DNA of 64,000 bases from Candidatus Binataceae bacterium (GCA_035650475.1 DASRHP010000009.1:174545-238544), one strand, 5' to 3'; shown: positions 8,317 through 18,493, counted from the stretch's first letter. Notes: generated by a model from the sequence alone, not told the origin. Translations and numbers: made by a program.

Positions 8317-10701
8317 ATGGGATCGTTTGGTCAGAGGACCGCGGACTTTCTGCTCCGCTGGCGATGGTCGGTTCTGGCGCTTTACACCGTACTGACCGCC
8401 TTTTTCGCCATCGGCGTGGCGCGGATCGCGCGCAACTTTCAGGCTCAGACTTCGTTTGCCGACCTCATCCCGGGCCACAACCCGGTCACCGACGTCTTCA
8501 AGCAGTACCAAAACTTCAGCAAGCCGGCGACGGTCGAGATCCTGCTTAAGGTCAAGCACGGCACGATCTACACGCCCCAAACGCTCGCACGCATCTGGCG
8601 GCTGACGCGCGAGCTTGACCTCGTGCCCGGGATCGACCACGTCACCCTGACCTCGATCGCCTCCGAAAAAATCCGCGTGGTGCGGCCGACCCCGTGGGGC
8701 GCGGTTTCGATGCCGGTGATGACCGACGTGATCCCGCGCACCGAGGCCGAGGCGATGGCGGTGCGCGAGCGCGCGCGCCACGCTGCCGGCGTCACCGGAA
8801 TTCTCGTCTCGCCCGACGAGCGGGCCGCGCTCATCGACGCCGCCTTCTTCGAAAACGTCCTCGATTACGGCGACGTCTTCGACCGCGTGCATCGCATGCT
8901 GGAGGCCGAGCACGACCCGAACGTGGAGTTTTATCCGGCCGGGCGCGTGATGCTGATCGGATGGATTTACCGCTACGGCCATCAGGCGATCTGGATCTTC
9001 CTGCTCTCGCTCGCCTTGGTCATCCTCGCCCACGTCGATTACATGCGCAGCCTCGCCGGCGCGCTCACGCCGATAATCGCGGCCGCGGTTTCGACCGTAT
9101 GGGGGCTCGGCGCGGGCGGCTGGATGGGGCTTAACCTGGAGCCGTTGACCGTGGTGGTGCCGGTGCTGCTGATGGCGCGCGCGCTCAGCCACTCGCTCCA
9201 GATCACGCGCCGCTACTACGAGATCCTCTACGAGAGACACGAGCGGGTGGCCGGCGCGGCGGGCGCGCTGGCCTCGATGTTCGCGCCGGCCTGCCTCGGG
9301 ATCATGTGCGACGTCGCCGGGCTCTATATGATCTGCCTTGCGCCGATCCCGATCATCCAGAAGCTCGGGCTCCTGTGCGGCACGTGGTCGCTGCTGCTGA
9401 TTCCCTCGACCGTCATGCTCACACCGGTGCTGCTCGCGATCCTGCCGCCGCCGCGCGACGTGAGCGTATTCATCACGCACGAGGTTCCCTCGCTCAGCAC
9501 GCGATTGATCGAACCCGTGCAGCGCGCGCTGGCCGCGCTGCTGACGCCGCGCACGCGGATGCTGAGCGCGATGGTTGCGCTGCCGATGGCGGCGCTGATC
9601 GCGTACCTGGCGATGAGCCGGCCGGTAGGCAACGTCTCGATTGGGAGCCCGCTGCTGTGGCACAACAACGAATACAACGTCGCCGAGCGCGAGATTAACC
9701 GCAACCTCGCCGGCACCTCCACGCTCAACGTGGTATGGGAGGGAAAGGTGCCGATGGCGCTGTTCCGGCCGCAGGTGTTCGACTCGATGCGCCGCTTCCA
9801 GCTTGCGATCGAGCGCGCCCACGGCGCCGAGGCGACGCTCTCGATTGCGGACTACATCCCGATAACCGGTCTCATCCTGCGCGGCGGCAATCCCAAATGG
9901 CTGCCGGTCGATCTGACCGGCCACGACGTCGGCGCCTACCTGTTCTGGACGCTCACCGGCCATTCGCTGGAGAACTTCAGCCAGCTGCTCGAGCCCAACG
10001 CGCGCAACGGCGACGTCGTCCTGTGGTACAAGGACCTGCGCGCAGGCACGGTCGAGCGCGCGATGGCCGAGGCGCGGCGCGCGGTCGCGGCGGTCCAGCC
10101 CGAGCCCTCGCCGATCTACAACATCCGCATCGGCACCGGCTTGGTCGCCCTGCAGTACGCGCTCGACCACGTGGTGCGCGCCGCCGACCTGCGCATCCTG
10201 GTCTACCTGCTGGCGACGATCTTCGTGATGTGCGTGATGACGTACTACTCGGCGGTGGCGGCCGCGATGCTGCTGGTGCCGCTGATTCTCGCCCAGTTCG
10301 CCACCGACTCGGTGATGTACCTGCGCGGGGTGGGACTCGACGTCAACACGCTGCCGGTGGTCGCGGTTGGCCTCGGCGTCGGCATCGACTACGGAATTTA
10401 TCTGCTGAGCCGCATCTGCGAGGAGTTCCAGGGCGCCGCCGACGGCGACGTCCAGGGCGCGGTGACGCGCGCGCTGTTCACCACCGGCGAGGCGACCTTT
10501 TTCGTCGCTTTCACGATGGTCCTGGGTGTGCTGCCGTGGTACTTCCTGTCCGACCTGCGATTTCTGGCCGAGATGGGGCTGATGCTGGCGCTGGTGATGG
10601 CGTTCAACGGGCTGCTCGCGATGACCGTGCTGCCGTTGGAAACGGTGCTGCTTCGCCCGCGCTTTCTGGGTCGCGTCAAGTTGATGCGGCGCAAGGGATG
10701 A
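8317..10701 (+). CDS. MMPL/RND-superfamily membrane transporter (SSD domain; possibly HpnN-like)
   Basis: ~795 aa with two membrane bundles separated by periplasmic domains; SSD-like GLGVGIDYGIYLLSR motif. Confidence 0.8.
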   Translation: MGSFGQRTADFLLRWRWSVLALYTVLTAFFAIGVARIARNFQAQTSFADLIPGHNPVTDVFKQYQNFSKPATVEILLKVKHGTIYTPQTLARIWRLTRELDLVPGIDHVTLTSIASEKIRVVRPTPWGAVSMPVMTDVIPRTEAEAMAVRERARHAAGVTGILVSPDERAALIDAAFFENVLDYGDVFDRVHRMLEAEHDPNVEFYPAGRVMLIGWIYRYGHQAIWIFLLSLALVILAHVDYMRSLAGALTPIIAAAVSTVWGLGAGGWMGLNLEPLTVVVPVLLMARALSHSLQITRRYYEILYERHERVAGAAGALASMFAPACLGIMCDVAGLYMICLAPIPIIQKLGLLCGTWSLLLIPSTVMLTPVLLAILPPPRDVSVFITHEVPSLSTRLIEPVQRALAALLTPRTRMLSAMVALPMAALIAYLAMSRPVGNVSIGSPLLWHNNEYNVAEREINRNLAGTSTLNVVWEGKVPMALFRPQVFDSMRRFQLAIERAHGAEATLSIADYIPITGLILRGGNPKWLPVDLTGHDVGAYLFWTLTGHSLENFSQLLEPNARNGDVVLWYKDLRAGTVERAMAEARRAVAAVQPEPSPIYNIRIGTGLVALQYALDHVVRAADLRILVYLLATIFVMCVMTYYSAVAAAMLLVPLILAQFATDSVMYLRGVGLDVNTLPVVAVGLGVGIDYGIYLLSRICEEFQGAADGDVQGAVTRALFTTGEATFFVAFTMVLGVLPWYFLSDLRFLAEMGLMLALVMAFNGLLAMTVLPLETVLLRPRFLGRVKLMRRKG

Positions 10702-10900
10702 AGGAATTCCAGCAGGCGTGATGATTCACCCCGTCGAAGCCCGCCCGGCGGCATAACCGACTATGGGGCTTGCCGGCTTCCTCGGCTGTCATTCCCGCGC
10801 GCGTGCGAGGATTCTCAATCTGTGCGCCTGGGTCACATGCGGGCAGGGACGCCCGCCCCACTGAATGCGCGCGGGCCATCGCGCGCGGCGGCGACTTTCT

Positions 10901-11980
10901 CTAACCGAGCCCGCTGAGGATTTCGGCGAAGCTGAGCTTGCGGGTGAGCGCGTGGCCCAGACGGTCGAGCAGGATGAATTCGATCGCGTCGCCCGCGCGC
11001 TTCTTGTCCAGCCGCATCGCGCGGGCGAACTCCTCGCCGCCGCGCCATCCCGCGGGCATCGCCGTCGGCAGCCCCGCTCGCGAGAGCAGGCGCTCCAGAC
11101 GCGCGGCATCGGCGGCGGCGAGCCCGGCAAAGGCCTGCGAGAGCCGCCCCGCCGCGACCATCCCGATCGCCACTGCCTCGCCGTGCAGCAGGCTGCCGTA
11201 GCCCGCCGACGCTTCCAGCGCATGGCCGACCGTGTGCCCGTAGTTGAGAATCCTGCGCAAGGATCCTTCGCGCTCGTCGCTCGCCACGACCGCCGCCTTG
11301 TGCCGCAGCGAGCGCTCGACGGCGTCTTCGAGCGCGGCCGGCTCGCGGCGCAGGATCGCATCCAGCCCGCGCTCGAGCGCATCGACCATCGCCGCGTCCA
11401 TGATCGCGCCGTATTTGATCACCTCGGCCAGCCCCTCGCGGAACTCGCGCTCGGGAAGTGAGATGAGCGTGGAAACGTCGGCGACGACGAGCCGCGGCTG
11501 ATAAAAGGCGCCGATCAGGTTTTTCGCCCGCGGATGGTTCACGGCGGTCTTGCCGCCGAGCGCCGAATCGACCTGCGCGACCACGGTGGTCGGAATCTGC
11601 ACCAGAGCGATGCCGCGCATGTAGGTGGCGGCGGCAAAGCCGGCGAGGTCGCCGATTACGCCGCCGCCGAGCGCGAATACGGCGCTTGCGCGGTCGAGCT
11701 CGGCCTCGACCAGCGCGTCGTACACGCGCTCGAGCGTCGCGAGGGACTTGCTCTGCTCGCCGGCGGCGACCTCGACCATGCGCGGGATGAAGCCCGCGGC
11801 CCTGAGTGAGGCGGCCACGCGCTCGCCGTAGAGCCGCGCGACGTTGGAGTCGGTGACGAGCGCGGCGCGCCCGGGCGCCACTGCGGCCGCGCGCGCCAGC
11901 CGGCCGAGCTGTTCCAGCGCACCCGCGCCGACGTGCACCGGATGGGCGTTGGGGCCGAGCTCTACACGGAAGCTGCGCAT
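10901..11980 (-). CDS. aroB: 3-dehydroquinate synthase
   Basis: 359 aa; GGGVIGDLAGFAAATYMRGI NAD-binding motif; conserved HALE/HGEAV metal ligands. Confidence 0.9.
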   Translation of the reverse strand: MRSFRVELGPNAHPVHVGAGALEQLGRLARAAAVAPGRAALVTDSNVARLYGERVAASLRAAGFIPRMVEVAAGEQSKSLATLERVYDALVEAELDRASAVFALGGGVIGDLAGFAAATYMRGIALVQIPTTVVAQVDSALGGKTAVNHPRAKNLIGAFYQPRLVVADVSTLISLPEREFREGLAEVIKYGAIMDAAMVDALERGLDAILRREPAALEDAVERSLRHKAAVVASDEREGSLRRILNYGHTVGHALEASAGYGSLLHGEAVAIGMVAAGRLSQAFAGLAAADAARLERLLSRAGLPTAMPAGWRGGEEFARAMRLDKKRAGDAIEFILLDRLGHALTRKLSFAEILSGLG

Positions 11981-12552
11981 TGATGGGCCCCTGCGGCGGC
12001 GCCGCCGTGCGCGGTGAAGATTTCGATCACGCGCTCAGCCGCCTCGGCGACGGTGAGATCGGAGGTATCGACGGTGAAGTCGGCGCGCGCGTAGGCGGTG
12101 CGCCGTTCTTCCATCAGCTCGGCGATCCGCTGCTCCAGCGGTTTGCCGCCTTCGAGCAGCTTGGGCCGCGTCTCGCGCGAGCGGCGCACGCGCGCGGCGA
12201 CAACCTCGGGCCGCGCGGTCAGGCATACGATCACCCCGGCGCGCTTGAGCGCGGCGTGGTTGCGCTCATCAACCAGCGCGCCGCCGCCGGTCGAAATCAC
12301 CGCCGCCCGCGCCGCGCCGCATCGCGGACAGCGCTCCGCGTCGGCGGCGAGCTCGGCGATCACCTCGCGCTCGAGCGCGCGGAAATGCGCCTCGCCGTCG
12401 CGCGCGAAGATCTCCTCGATCGGCCGCCCCGCGCGCGCGACCAGCTCGGCGTCGCTGTCGCGCAGCCGCAGCCCCAGGCGCGCCGCGACTGCCCGCCCCA
12501 CCGCGCTTTTACCCGCGGCCATGAAGCCGGTCAGGATAAGCTTGGGCGCCAT
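11962..12552 (-). CDS. aroK: shikimate kinase
   Basis: MAPKLILTGFMAAGKSAVGR P-loop; 196 aa; the stop overlaps the aroB start; the listed ORF 11962..13041 is over-extended. Confidence 0.85.
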   Translation of the reverse strand: MAPKLILTGFMAAGKSAVGRAVAARLGLRLRDSDAELVARAGRPIEEIFARDGEAHFRALEREVIAELAADAERCPRCGAARAAVISTGGGALVDERNHAALKRAGVIVCLTARPEVVAARVRRSRETRPKLLEGGKPLEQRIAELMEERRTAYARADFTVDTSDLTVAEAAERVIEIFTAHGGAAAGAHQCAASV

Positions 12553-12572
12553 CGCGCTCGGCTCCCGGCCGC

Positions 12573-13739
12573 TCAAAAGTTGCGTACCTGTTCGAGGAAG
12601 CCCGCGTAGTTGCGCGCGATCTCGGCGCGCGAGTCGCCGCCGAATTTCTCCAGGAAGGCCGCCGCCAGCTCGAACGCCACCACCGCCTCGGCGATTACCG
12701 CGGCCGCCGGAATCGCGCACACGTCGGAGCGCTCGGTGTTGCCGACCGACTCCGCCTTGGTGCGGATATCGACCGAGCGCAGCGGACGCATCAGGGTGGA
12801 CAGCGGTTTGAACGCGGCGCGCACACGCAGCGGCTCGCCCGTGCTCATCCCGCCCTCGGTGCCGCCGGAGTTGTTGGAGTTGCGAAGGAAGCGGCGCGCC
12901 TCGGCATCGTAGCCGATCTCGTCGTGCAGCGCCGAGCCGCGGGTCGCCGCCGCTCTGAAGCCCATCCCGACCTCGACTCCCTTGACCGCCTGCAGGCTCA
13001 GCAGCGCATGCGCGAGCCGCCCATCGAGCTTGCGATCCCACTGGACGTGGCTACCGAGCCCGACCGGCAGTCCGGTGGCGACGACCTCGACCACGCCGCC
13101 CAGCGTGTCGCCGGCCTTTTTGCACTCGTCGATCTCGGCGATAATTGCGCGTTCGGCCTCGGGGTCGGCGACACGCACCTGGGAGTCTTCGGTTACGCGG
13201 CGCAGCTCCGCGATACTGAGGTCGGCGGGCGTGCGCGCGACGGTCGCACCGATGCTGACAACGTAGCCGAGGACCGTTATCCCGAATGGCTCGAGGATCT
13301 GCCGGGTCAGCGCGCCAATCGCGACGCGCATCGTGGTCTCGCGCGCCGAGGCGCGTTCGAGCACGTCGCGGACGTCGTCGAGGTTGTACTTGAGCACGCC
13401 GGCGAGGTCGGCATGGCCGGGGCGCGGACGGGTGACCGGTTCGGCGGCTTCGCGGTCGCGCGGGTCGAGCGACATCCGCTTCTGCCAGTTCCTGAAGTCG
13501 CGGTTTTCGACGATGAGCGTAATCGGGCTGCCGAGCGAGCGGCCGAAGCGGATCCCGGAAACCACCCGCACCTCGTCGCGCTCGATCGCCATCCGCCCGC
13601 CGCGCCCGTAGCCCTTCTGGCGGCGCGCGAGATCGGCGTTGATCTTTGCGAGGTCAATATCGAAACCGGCCGGGAAGCCTTCGACTATCGCGACCAGTTC
13701 GGGGCCGTGCGATTCACCGGCTGTCAGAAAACGCAGCAT
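12573..13739 (-). CDS. aroC: chorismate synthase
   Basis: MLRFLTAGESHGP... signature N-terminus; 388 aa. Confidence 0.92.
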   Translation of the reverse strand: MLRFLTAGESHGPELVAIVEGFPAGFDIDLAKINADLARRQKGYGRGGRMAIERDEVRVVSGIRFGRSLGSPITLIVENRDFRNWQKRMSLDPRDREAAEPVTRPRPGHADLAGVLKYNLDDVRDVLERASARETTMRVAIGALTRQILEPFGITVLGYVVSIGATVARTPADLSIAELRRVTEDSQVRVADPEAERAIIAEIDECKKAGDTLGGVVEVVATGLPVGLGSHVQWDRKLDGRLAHALLSLQAVKGVEVGMGFRAAATRGSALHDEIGYDAEARRFLRNSNNSGGTEGGMSTGEPLRVRAAFKPLSTLMRPLRSVDIRTKAESVGNTERSDVCAIPAAAVIAEAVVAFELAAAFLEKFGGDSRAEIARNYAGFLEQVRNF

Positions 13740-13849
13740 CGTGGGATCATCCGCCGCCGGCGCGGCCTGTGTGCCGCATCCGCGTCTGAAGATTCAACCA
13801 GACTTGGCGGGGCGGGGAAAGCCGGTGCGCGGCGTCCCGCACCGACGGT

Positions 13850-14317
13850 TCAACCCAAAGAAATCTTGAAGTTGCGCCCGCGCAGCATCCGCTTGACCGT
13901 GCATTCCATCACCGTTTCCCCCTCCTGGTTGAGCACGGTATGGCGGAAGGTGACGAGGCCGCGGTCGCCCCGGCTGCTCGCGCGCGTCTCGATGACCTCG
14001 ACCCGCACGCGCATCGTGTCGCCTGCGAACAGCGGGCGGCGAAAGGTCATGTTCTCGAGCGCCACCAGCGCAAGCCCCACGCCGTGGATACATCCGCTCA
14101 GGATGATCAGGCCCTCGGTGAAGGCGAAGATGAGCGCGCCGGGGGCGAAGCGCCGCGGGTAGAGCGAGGACTTCTTGACGTACTCCTCGTTCATGAAGAG
14201 CTCCTCGAACATCCCACTGAGCCCGACGAACTGCGAGATTTCCGCATCGCCCACGGTGCGGCCGAGGGTCTCGATGCGGTCGCCGACCTTCCAGTCCTCG
14301 AAGTAGCGCGTCTCCAT
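13850..14317 (-). CDS. MaoC-like (R)-specific enoyl-CoA hydratase / hotdog-fold dehydratase
   Basis: 155 aa; hotdog-fold MaoC pattern (FAPGALIFAFTEGL...). Confidence 0.78.
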   Translation of the reverse strand: METRYFEDWKVGDRIETLGRTVGDAEISQFVGLSGMFEELFMNEEYVKKSSLYPRRFAPGALIFAFTEGLIILSGCIHGVGLALVALENMTFRRPLFAGDTMRVRVEVIETRASSRGDRGLVTFRHTVLNQEGETVMECTVKRMLRGRNFKISLG

Positions 14318-14353
14318 CCGGTGATCCTTCCGCCTTTTGCGTTGCGCGGCGCC

Positions 14354-14530
14354 TCAGTCACACATCAGGCCGCCGTCCGCGTTGAACGACTGCCCGGTGA
14401 TATTGTCCGACTCGGGCGAGGCGAGGAAGGCCGCCAAGTTGGCGCCCTCGCTGGCAAAGCGCGCGGCGATCGCGCGGCCCATCCCGCGCCCCGCGCCGGT
14501 GACGATTGCGACCTTGCCCTGAAGCTTCAT
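14354..14530 (-). pseudogene. short-chain dehydrogenase (FabG-like SDR) remnant: N-terminal Rossmann motif fused in frame to the extreme C-terminus, with ~190 central residues deleted
   Basis: Manual translation of the minus strand: [32 protein letters not shown]|AAFLASPESDNITGQSFNADGGLMCD*; 58 aa, so below the ORF-track cutoff. Confidence 0.5.
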
Positions 14531-14628
14531 CGCAGGATCCTCCGCCTGCGGTCGGGGCCCTGTAGCGCACCGACGCCGCCGATGTCATCGGGCGCGCGCG
14601 GACCGCCGAGCGCGCGCCGGGCGGTCGA

Positions 14629-14820
14629 TTAGGAGAAGCGGTGCCGCAGCTGATCGAGCGGTTCGTCAACCACGATGCTCATGTCGGCGTCGAAACAGAG
14701 CCGGCTTTCCTTGCGCGTGCTGCCATCGGGTGCGACCGACTCGGCCGCTTCGAAATAGGCGACGCGATCGCTGTTGATAAAGATTGGTTGTCCGTCCCTG
14801 TTGAGCCTGATAAACGCCAT
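14629..14820 (-). CDS. small hypothetical protein (63 aa), FlbD-like N-terminal pattern
   Basis: MAFIRLNRDGQPIFINSDRVAYFEAAE... with GGAG RBS 8 nt upstream of the ATG; co-oriented in the operon; the family assignment is uncertain. Confidence 0.4.
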   Translation of the reverse strand: MAFIRLNRDGQPIFINSDRVAYFEAAESVAPDGSTRKESRLCFDADMSIVVDEPLDQLRHRFS

Positions 14821-14912
14821 CCCCCACTCCGCTCTCGATGGTTTTCGCGCCGCCTGGCGCGGCGCGGTCCGTCTCGTTTGGAAATCTGCGCGACGTGCCG
14901 CACGGAAATCCT

Positions 14913-15797
14913 TTACAGCTTGGCGGCGGGCTCGACCCATGCGCGCGCCGCCTCCTCGACCCGCTCGGCCGCTTCCTCAACCGTGCGCGGCGCGCGCACG
15001 TTGACGATTACGACCTCGTCCACCCCGGCGTCGCGGTAGCGCTTGAGATCGTCGGGTGAGACCGGCTTGGTGTAGGGCGAGACCGCCAGCTCGAGGTCGG
15101 AGCGTTTGCGGCGGCTTGCGCGCAGCAGCTCCTCGATACGCCTGACCTTGGCCGCCGCTTCGTCGGGCGAAAGATTGAAGCCGACCCATCCGTTGCCGTA
15201 CTCGGCGACCCGGCGCAGCGCGGGACCGCTTTCGCCGCCGAAGAAGACCGGCAGCTCGGCGCCGCGCACGGGCTTGGGATAAGAGCGCACGCCATCAAAA
15301 TTGACAAACTCGCCATGGTAGGAGCTGAGCGGCTCGCTCCACAGCCGGCGCATCGCCTCGATATACTCGCGGGTGCGCTGCGCGCGCCGTTCCCACGGGA
15401 TCCCCAGCGCGCGGAACTCCTCTTCCAGCCATCCGATCCCGACGCCGAGGATCACGCGCCCCTGGCAGAGCGAGTCGAGCGTTGCCACCACTTTGGCCAG
15501 CACGAGCGGGTTATGCTCGGGCACCAGGCAGATGCCGGTGGCGAGGCGGATCCTTTCCGTCACCGAGCCCATCGTGCACAGCGCAAGGAACGGATCGGCG
15601 ATCGGTTGATCGGTGGGCCCGGGAAGCCTGGCGTCGCTGCGATAGGGATAGTGCGAGGCGTACTGGTCGAGCAGCACCACGTGCTCGGGCACCCACAGGG
15701 TCGAGAAACCGCAGCGCTCCGCGCTCTGCGCGAACGCCTTCATCACCGCCATCCCGGTCACCCGTCCCGAAACCACTGCGAAGAGTCCAACTTTCAT
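14913..15797 (-). CDS. LLM-class (luciferase-like) F420/flavin-dependent oxidoreductase
   Basis: Luciferase-like TIM-barrel signature (LWVPEHV, GVGIGW). Confidence 0.8.
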   Translation of the reverse strand: MKVGLFAVVSGRVTGMAVMKAFAQSAERCGFSTLWVPEHVVLLDQYASHYPYRSDARLPGPTDQPIADPFLALCTMGSVTERIRLATGICLVPEHNPLVLAKVVATLDSLCQGRVILGVGIGWLEEEFRALGIPWERRAQRTREYIEAMRRLWSEPLSSYHGEFVNFDGVRSYPKPVRGAELPVFFGGESGPALRRVAEYGNGWVGFNLSPDEAAAKVRRIEELLRASRRKRSDLELAVSPYTKPVSPDDLKRYRDAGVDEVVIVNVRAPRTVEEAAERVEEAARAWVEPAAKL

Positions 15798-15889
15798 GCG
15801 TGTATAATCCCTGTGCAAAATAAAGGAGCGCTTCGACTGGGTTCGCGTTGCTCACTTCGCCCACGATGACAGCGAGGATGCTGCCAGCC

Positions 15890-16251
15890 CTACGACATCA
15901 AATCCTTCACCTTCTCGGTATCGACGTACTCGCGAATGCGCCGGATTTTGCCGTTCTCGATCTCGTAAATGAAACAGTGCTCGTTCTCGTAGTCGCGGCC
16001 GTTGCCGAGCTTGCCGCGGTTCGTCAGGTCGACGATCACAACGTCGCCCTCGCCGTAGACGCGCCGCACTTCGCTCTTAAGCCCGCTCGGAAACAGCTTC
16101 GCCGCGCTGCGCAAAAACTCCAGTATTCCGGCCTTGCCCTTCTTGAGCCCCGAGACCGGCAGGTTGCCCGGGATGAGCCAACTCACCCCGGACCAGCGCC
16201 TCCCAGGTCTGCCTCACCAGCGCCTTGTTCTGCTCGACGTTCATCACGATG
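15890..16251 (-). pseudogene. SnoaL-like / NTF2-like protein with an apparent frameshift (N-terminal 22 aa in one frame, remainder in another)
   Basis: MNVEQNKALVRQTWEALVRG (ATG 16251) matches a SnoaL N-terminus at the C-terminus of ORF 16077..16724; the SnoaL body (WLIPGNLPVSGL...IYEIENGKIRRIREY) is ORF 15890..16186 in another frame. Confidence 0.5.
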
Positions 16252-16294
16252 GAGCCTCCTTGCGCGGCCTTGGTCTCGCCTTGCGGGCCGCCGT

Positions 16295-17485
16295 TCAGTA
16301 GGCGGCCTCCAGCAGCCGCAGCAGGTCGTCGCGGGTTATCGGTCGGCCGACGGTTTGCGCGCGTTCGACCTCGTCGAGCACGGTCGCCGCGATCGCGCCC
16401 AGCTCCTCGCGCGGGACGCCCGCGTCGCGCAGGCGATTGGGAACCTCGAAGTGGGCGATGAAGCGGGCAGTGCGCTCGGCGCACTCCAGCGCCGCCGGCT
16501 TCGGATTGGCAGGGTCGAAGCGCACGCCGAAGCCCTCGGCGATGGGGCCGAAGCGCTCGGGCGCGACGCCCGCCATGTAGCGCATTACGTGGGGCAGCGT
16601 GATGCATGAGGTGACGCCGTGCGGCACGTTCCACATCGGGCCGATCTGATGGCCGAGCGCATGCGAGATCCCAAAGCGCGTGTTCATTGCGCCGAAGATC
16701 GAGAACCACGCCGCGAGCTGGCATTGCCCGCGATGGGCGAGGGACTCCGCGCCGGTGGTCTTAAGCGAGGCCGTCAGATGCGTGGTCAGAAGCGCGATCG
16801 CACGCGCGGCGAGCGCGTCGGTCAGCGGCTGATGGCGCGTCGAGTAGCTTGCTTCGACCGCGTGATCGAGCGCGCGCATCCCGGTTGCCGCCCACAGCCA
16901 GGCCGGCGTCTCGACCGTAAGTTCGGGGTCGAGAAAGATCGTGCGCGGCTGAAGCCGTGGGTCGCTCACCCCGCCCTTGATGTGGCTCGCCTCGTCGGTA
17001 ACGCCGCCCACCGGCGTGTACTCGCCGGCCGAGAGTGTTGTCGGCAGCGCGACATGGATCAGGTCCGGCCCGCCGGCCGCTCCGGCCATCGCGGACTCGA
17101 AGTCGATCGTATGCGCGTCGGCGCCCTTGGGCGGGGAGCCTTCGAGAATGCGCTTGGCGGCGACCTTGACCGTGTCGATTGGGCTGCCGCCGCCGAAGCT
17201 GACCATGCAGTCGGCGCCGCTGCGCTGATATTCCTCGACCAGCGCGCCCACGGTAGCCGACGGTACGTGCTGGCCGGCGCCCTTGAATACGCCGGCCAGC
17301 CGCGCGCCGGCGGCGCTCGTCACCTTGTCGAGCAGCGGCGAGCGGCCGAGCGTCTTGCCAGTCACAATCAGCGCGCGCTTAAGCCCGCGCCGCTCGAGCT
17401 CGCGGCCCAGACCCGCGACCTTGCCCGGGCCAAAGACGACCTTTTCCAGCCGCGTGAAGTTGAACTCGCCCGCCACTGGGTCCAT
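16295..17485 (-). CDS. iron-containing (group III) alcohol dehydrogenase family (maleylacetate reductase-like)
   Basis: 396 aa; GGGSPIDTVK motif and His metal ligands. Confidence 0.85.
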   Translation of the reverse strand: MDPVAGEFNFTRLEKVVFGPGKVAGLGRELERRGLKRALIVTGKTLGRSPLLDKVTSAAGARLAGVFKGAGQHVPSATVGALVEEYQRSGADCMVSFGGGSPIDTVKVAAKRILEGSPPKGADAHTIDFESAMAGAAGGPDLIHVALPTTLSAGEYTPVGGVTDEASHIKGGVSDPRLQPRTIFLDPELTVETPAWLWAATGMRALDHAVEASYSTRHQPLTDALAARAIALLTTHLTASLKTTGAESLAHRGQCQLAAWFSIFGAMNTRFGISHALGHQIGPMWNVPHGVTSCITLPHVMRYMAGVAPERFGPIAEGFGVRFDPANPKPAALECAERTARFIAHFEVPNRLRDAGVPREELGAIAATVLDEVERAQTVGRPITRDDLLRLLEAAY

Positions 17486-17545
17486 CGCGCGCTCCTTCGC
17501 AATGCGGGTGGCGGGCGCGCCGCCGGATGCGTGGCGCCGTCCGCC

Positions 17546-18493
17546 TCAGGGTTTGATTACCACGAGCGCGCCCACGGGCAGAAGCGCTTCGAGTTCGTCG
17601 ATCGCGCCGTTATCGACCGAAATGCACCCGGTAGTCCAGTTGATGTTGCCCGAGTTGAGAATCGGGACGTCGGTGCCGTGGATGCCCACGGCGCCCCCTT
17701 CGGGCGTTGCGCGCCCGTGGCTCTTGGGCACTTGGCCCTCAAGCAGCATCTCGTGATAGACCGCGCGGTCGTAGTCGTTGGGGTAATCGATTTGCAGGAA
17801 ATAGCGCCATCGACGGTTGGGGCGCTTGCGAATTATCCGGTAAACGCCCTCGGGCGTGCGCCGGTCGCCCGACCATTCCTTGCCCCCCGCCTCCAGGCTG
17901 CGCCCGAACACCGCGTGATATTTCTTATAGAGGTGGCCCTCGAAATAGACCACCAACTCGTGGCGCGACTTATACGCCATCACCGCCCAGTTGCGGGGGT
18001 CGAGCACGACCGACTGATCCCTGGTGAGGCGCAGCGCCTCCTGCCCTGGTGTCGGCTGCTCAGCCGGGGGCGCTGCGGCCGAGCCATCGCTGGCGCCGGA
18101 GTGAGGAGGCGTGAGGCGGGTGGAGTCCTGAGTCGCGCCGCTCGAAGGAGAGCCGGGGGGAGAGAGGGCGGCGACCCGCGGGGCCGGGGCGCGCGCCGCA
18201 GACGATGTGGCCGGGGCCACCGAGACTGCCGCCGGCAGATTGGGAATCGTGTCCGCGCTTGGAGAAGGCGCCGGCTGCGCCGGCCTCAGCACGGTCCAGC
18301 TGCCGGGCTTCGGGACAGGCGCCGGGGGTTGCACTGTGGCAGCCGCGGCCGCGGACACCGGAGGCGTCATCGCGCCTGAAGCGACCGGCGCCGCGCTCGG
18401 CTGAGCGTCCATCGCCAAGGCGCCGGCCGAAAACGCCGAGCCGAGCATAACCACCCCTATCGCCGCCCCAACCAACCACCGCATCGGCTTCAT
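17546..18493 (-). CDS. L,D-transpeptidase (YkuD domain) with signal peptide and Ala/Pro-rich linker
   Basis: C-terminal HGTD...TTGCISV catalytic motif; ATG at MKPMRW is preceded by GGAGAAAAG. Confidence 0.8.
   Translation of the reverse strand: MKPMRWLVGAAIGVVMLGSAFSAGALAMDAQPSAAPVASGAMTPPVSAAAAATVQPPAPVPKPGSWTVLRPAQPAPSPSADTIPNLPAAVSVAPATSSAARAPAPRVAALSPPGSPSSGATQDSTRLTPPHSGASDGSAAAPPAEQPTPGQEALRLTRDQSVVLDPRNWAVMAYKSRHELVVYFEGHLYKKYHAVFGRSLEAGGKEWSGDRRTPEGVYRIIRKRPNRRWRYFLQIDYPNDYDRAVYHEMLLEGQVPKSHGRATPEGGAVGIHGTDVPILNSGNINWTTGCISVDNGAIDELEALLPVGALVVIKP

Noticed and set aside
8037-8549. 170-aa ORF spanning the HTH/MMPL intergenic region
   Set aside because: It overlaps the real MMPL start and the promoter region; no motifs; low-complexity translation.
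11962-13041. 359-aa ORF containing shikimate kinase
   Set aside because: Only the last 196 aa (MAPKLILTGF…) is aroK. The N-terminal extension overlaps aroC in another frame.
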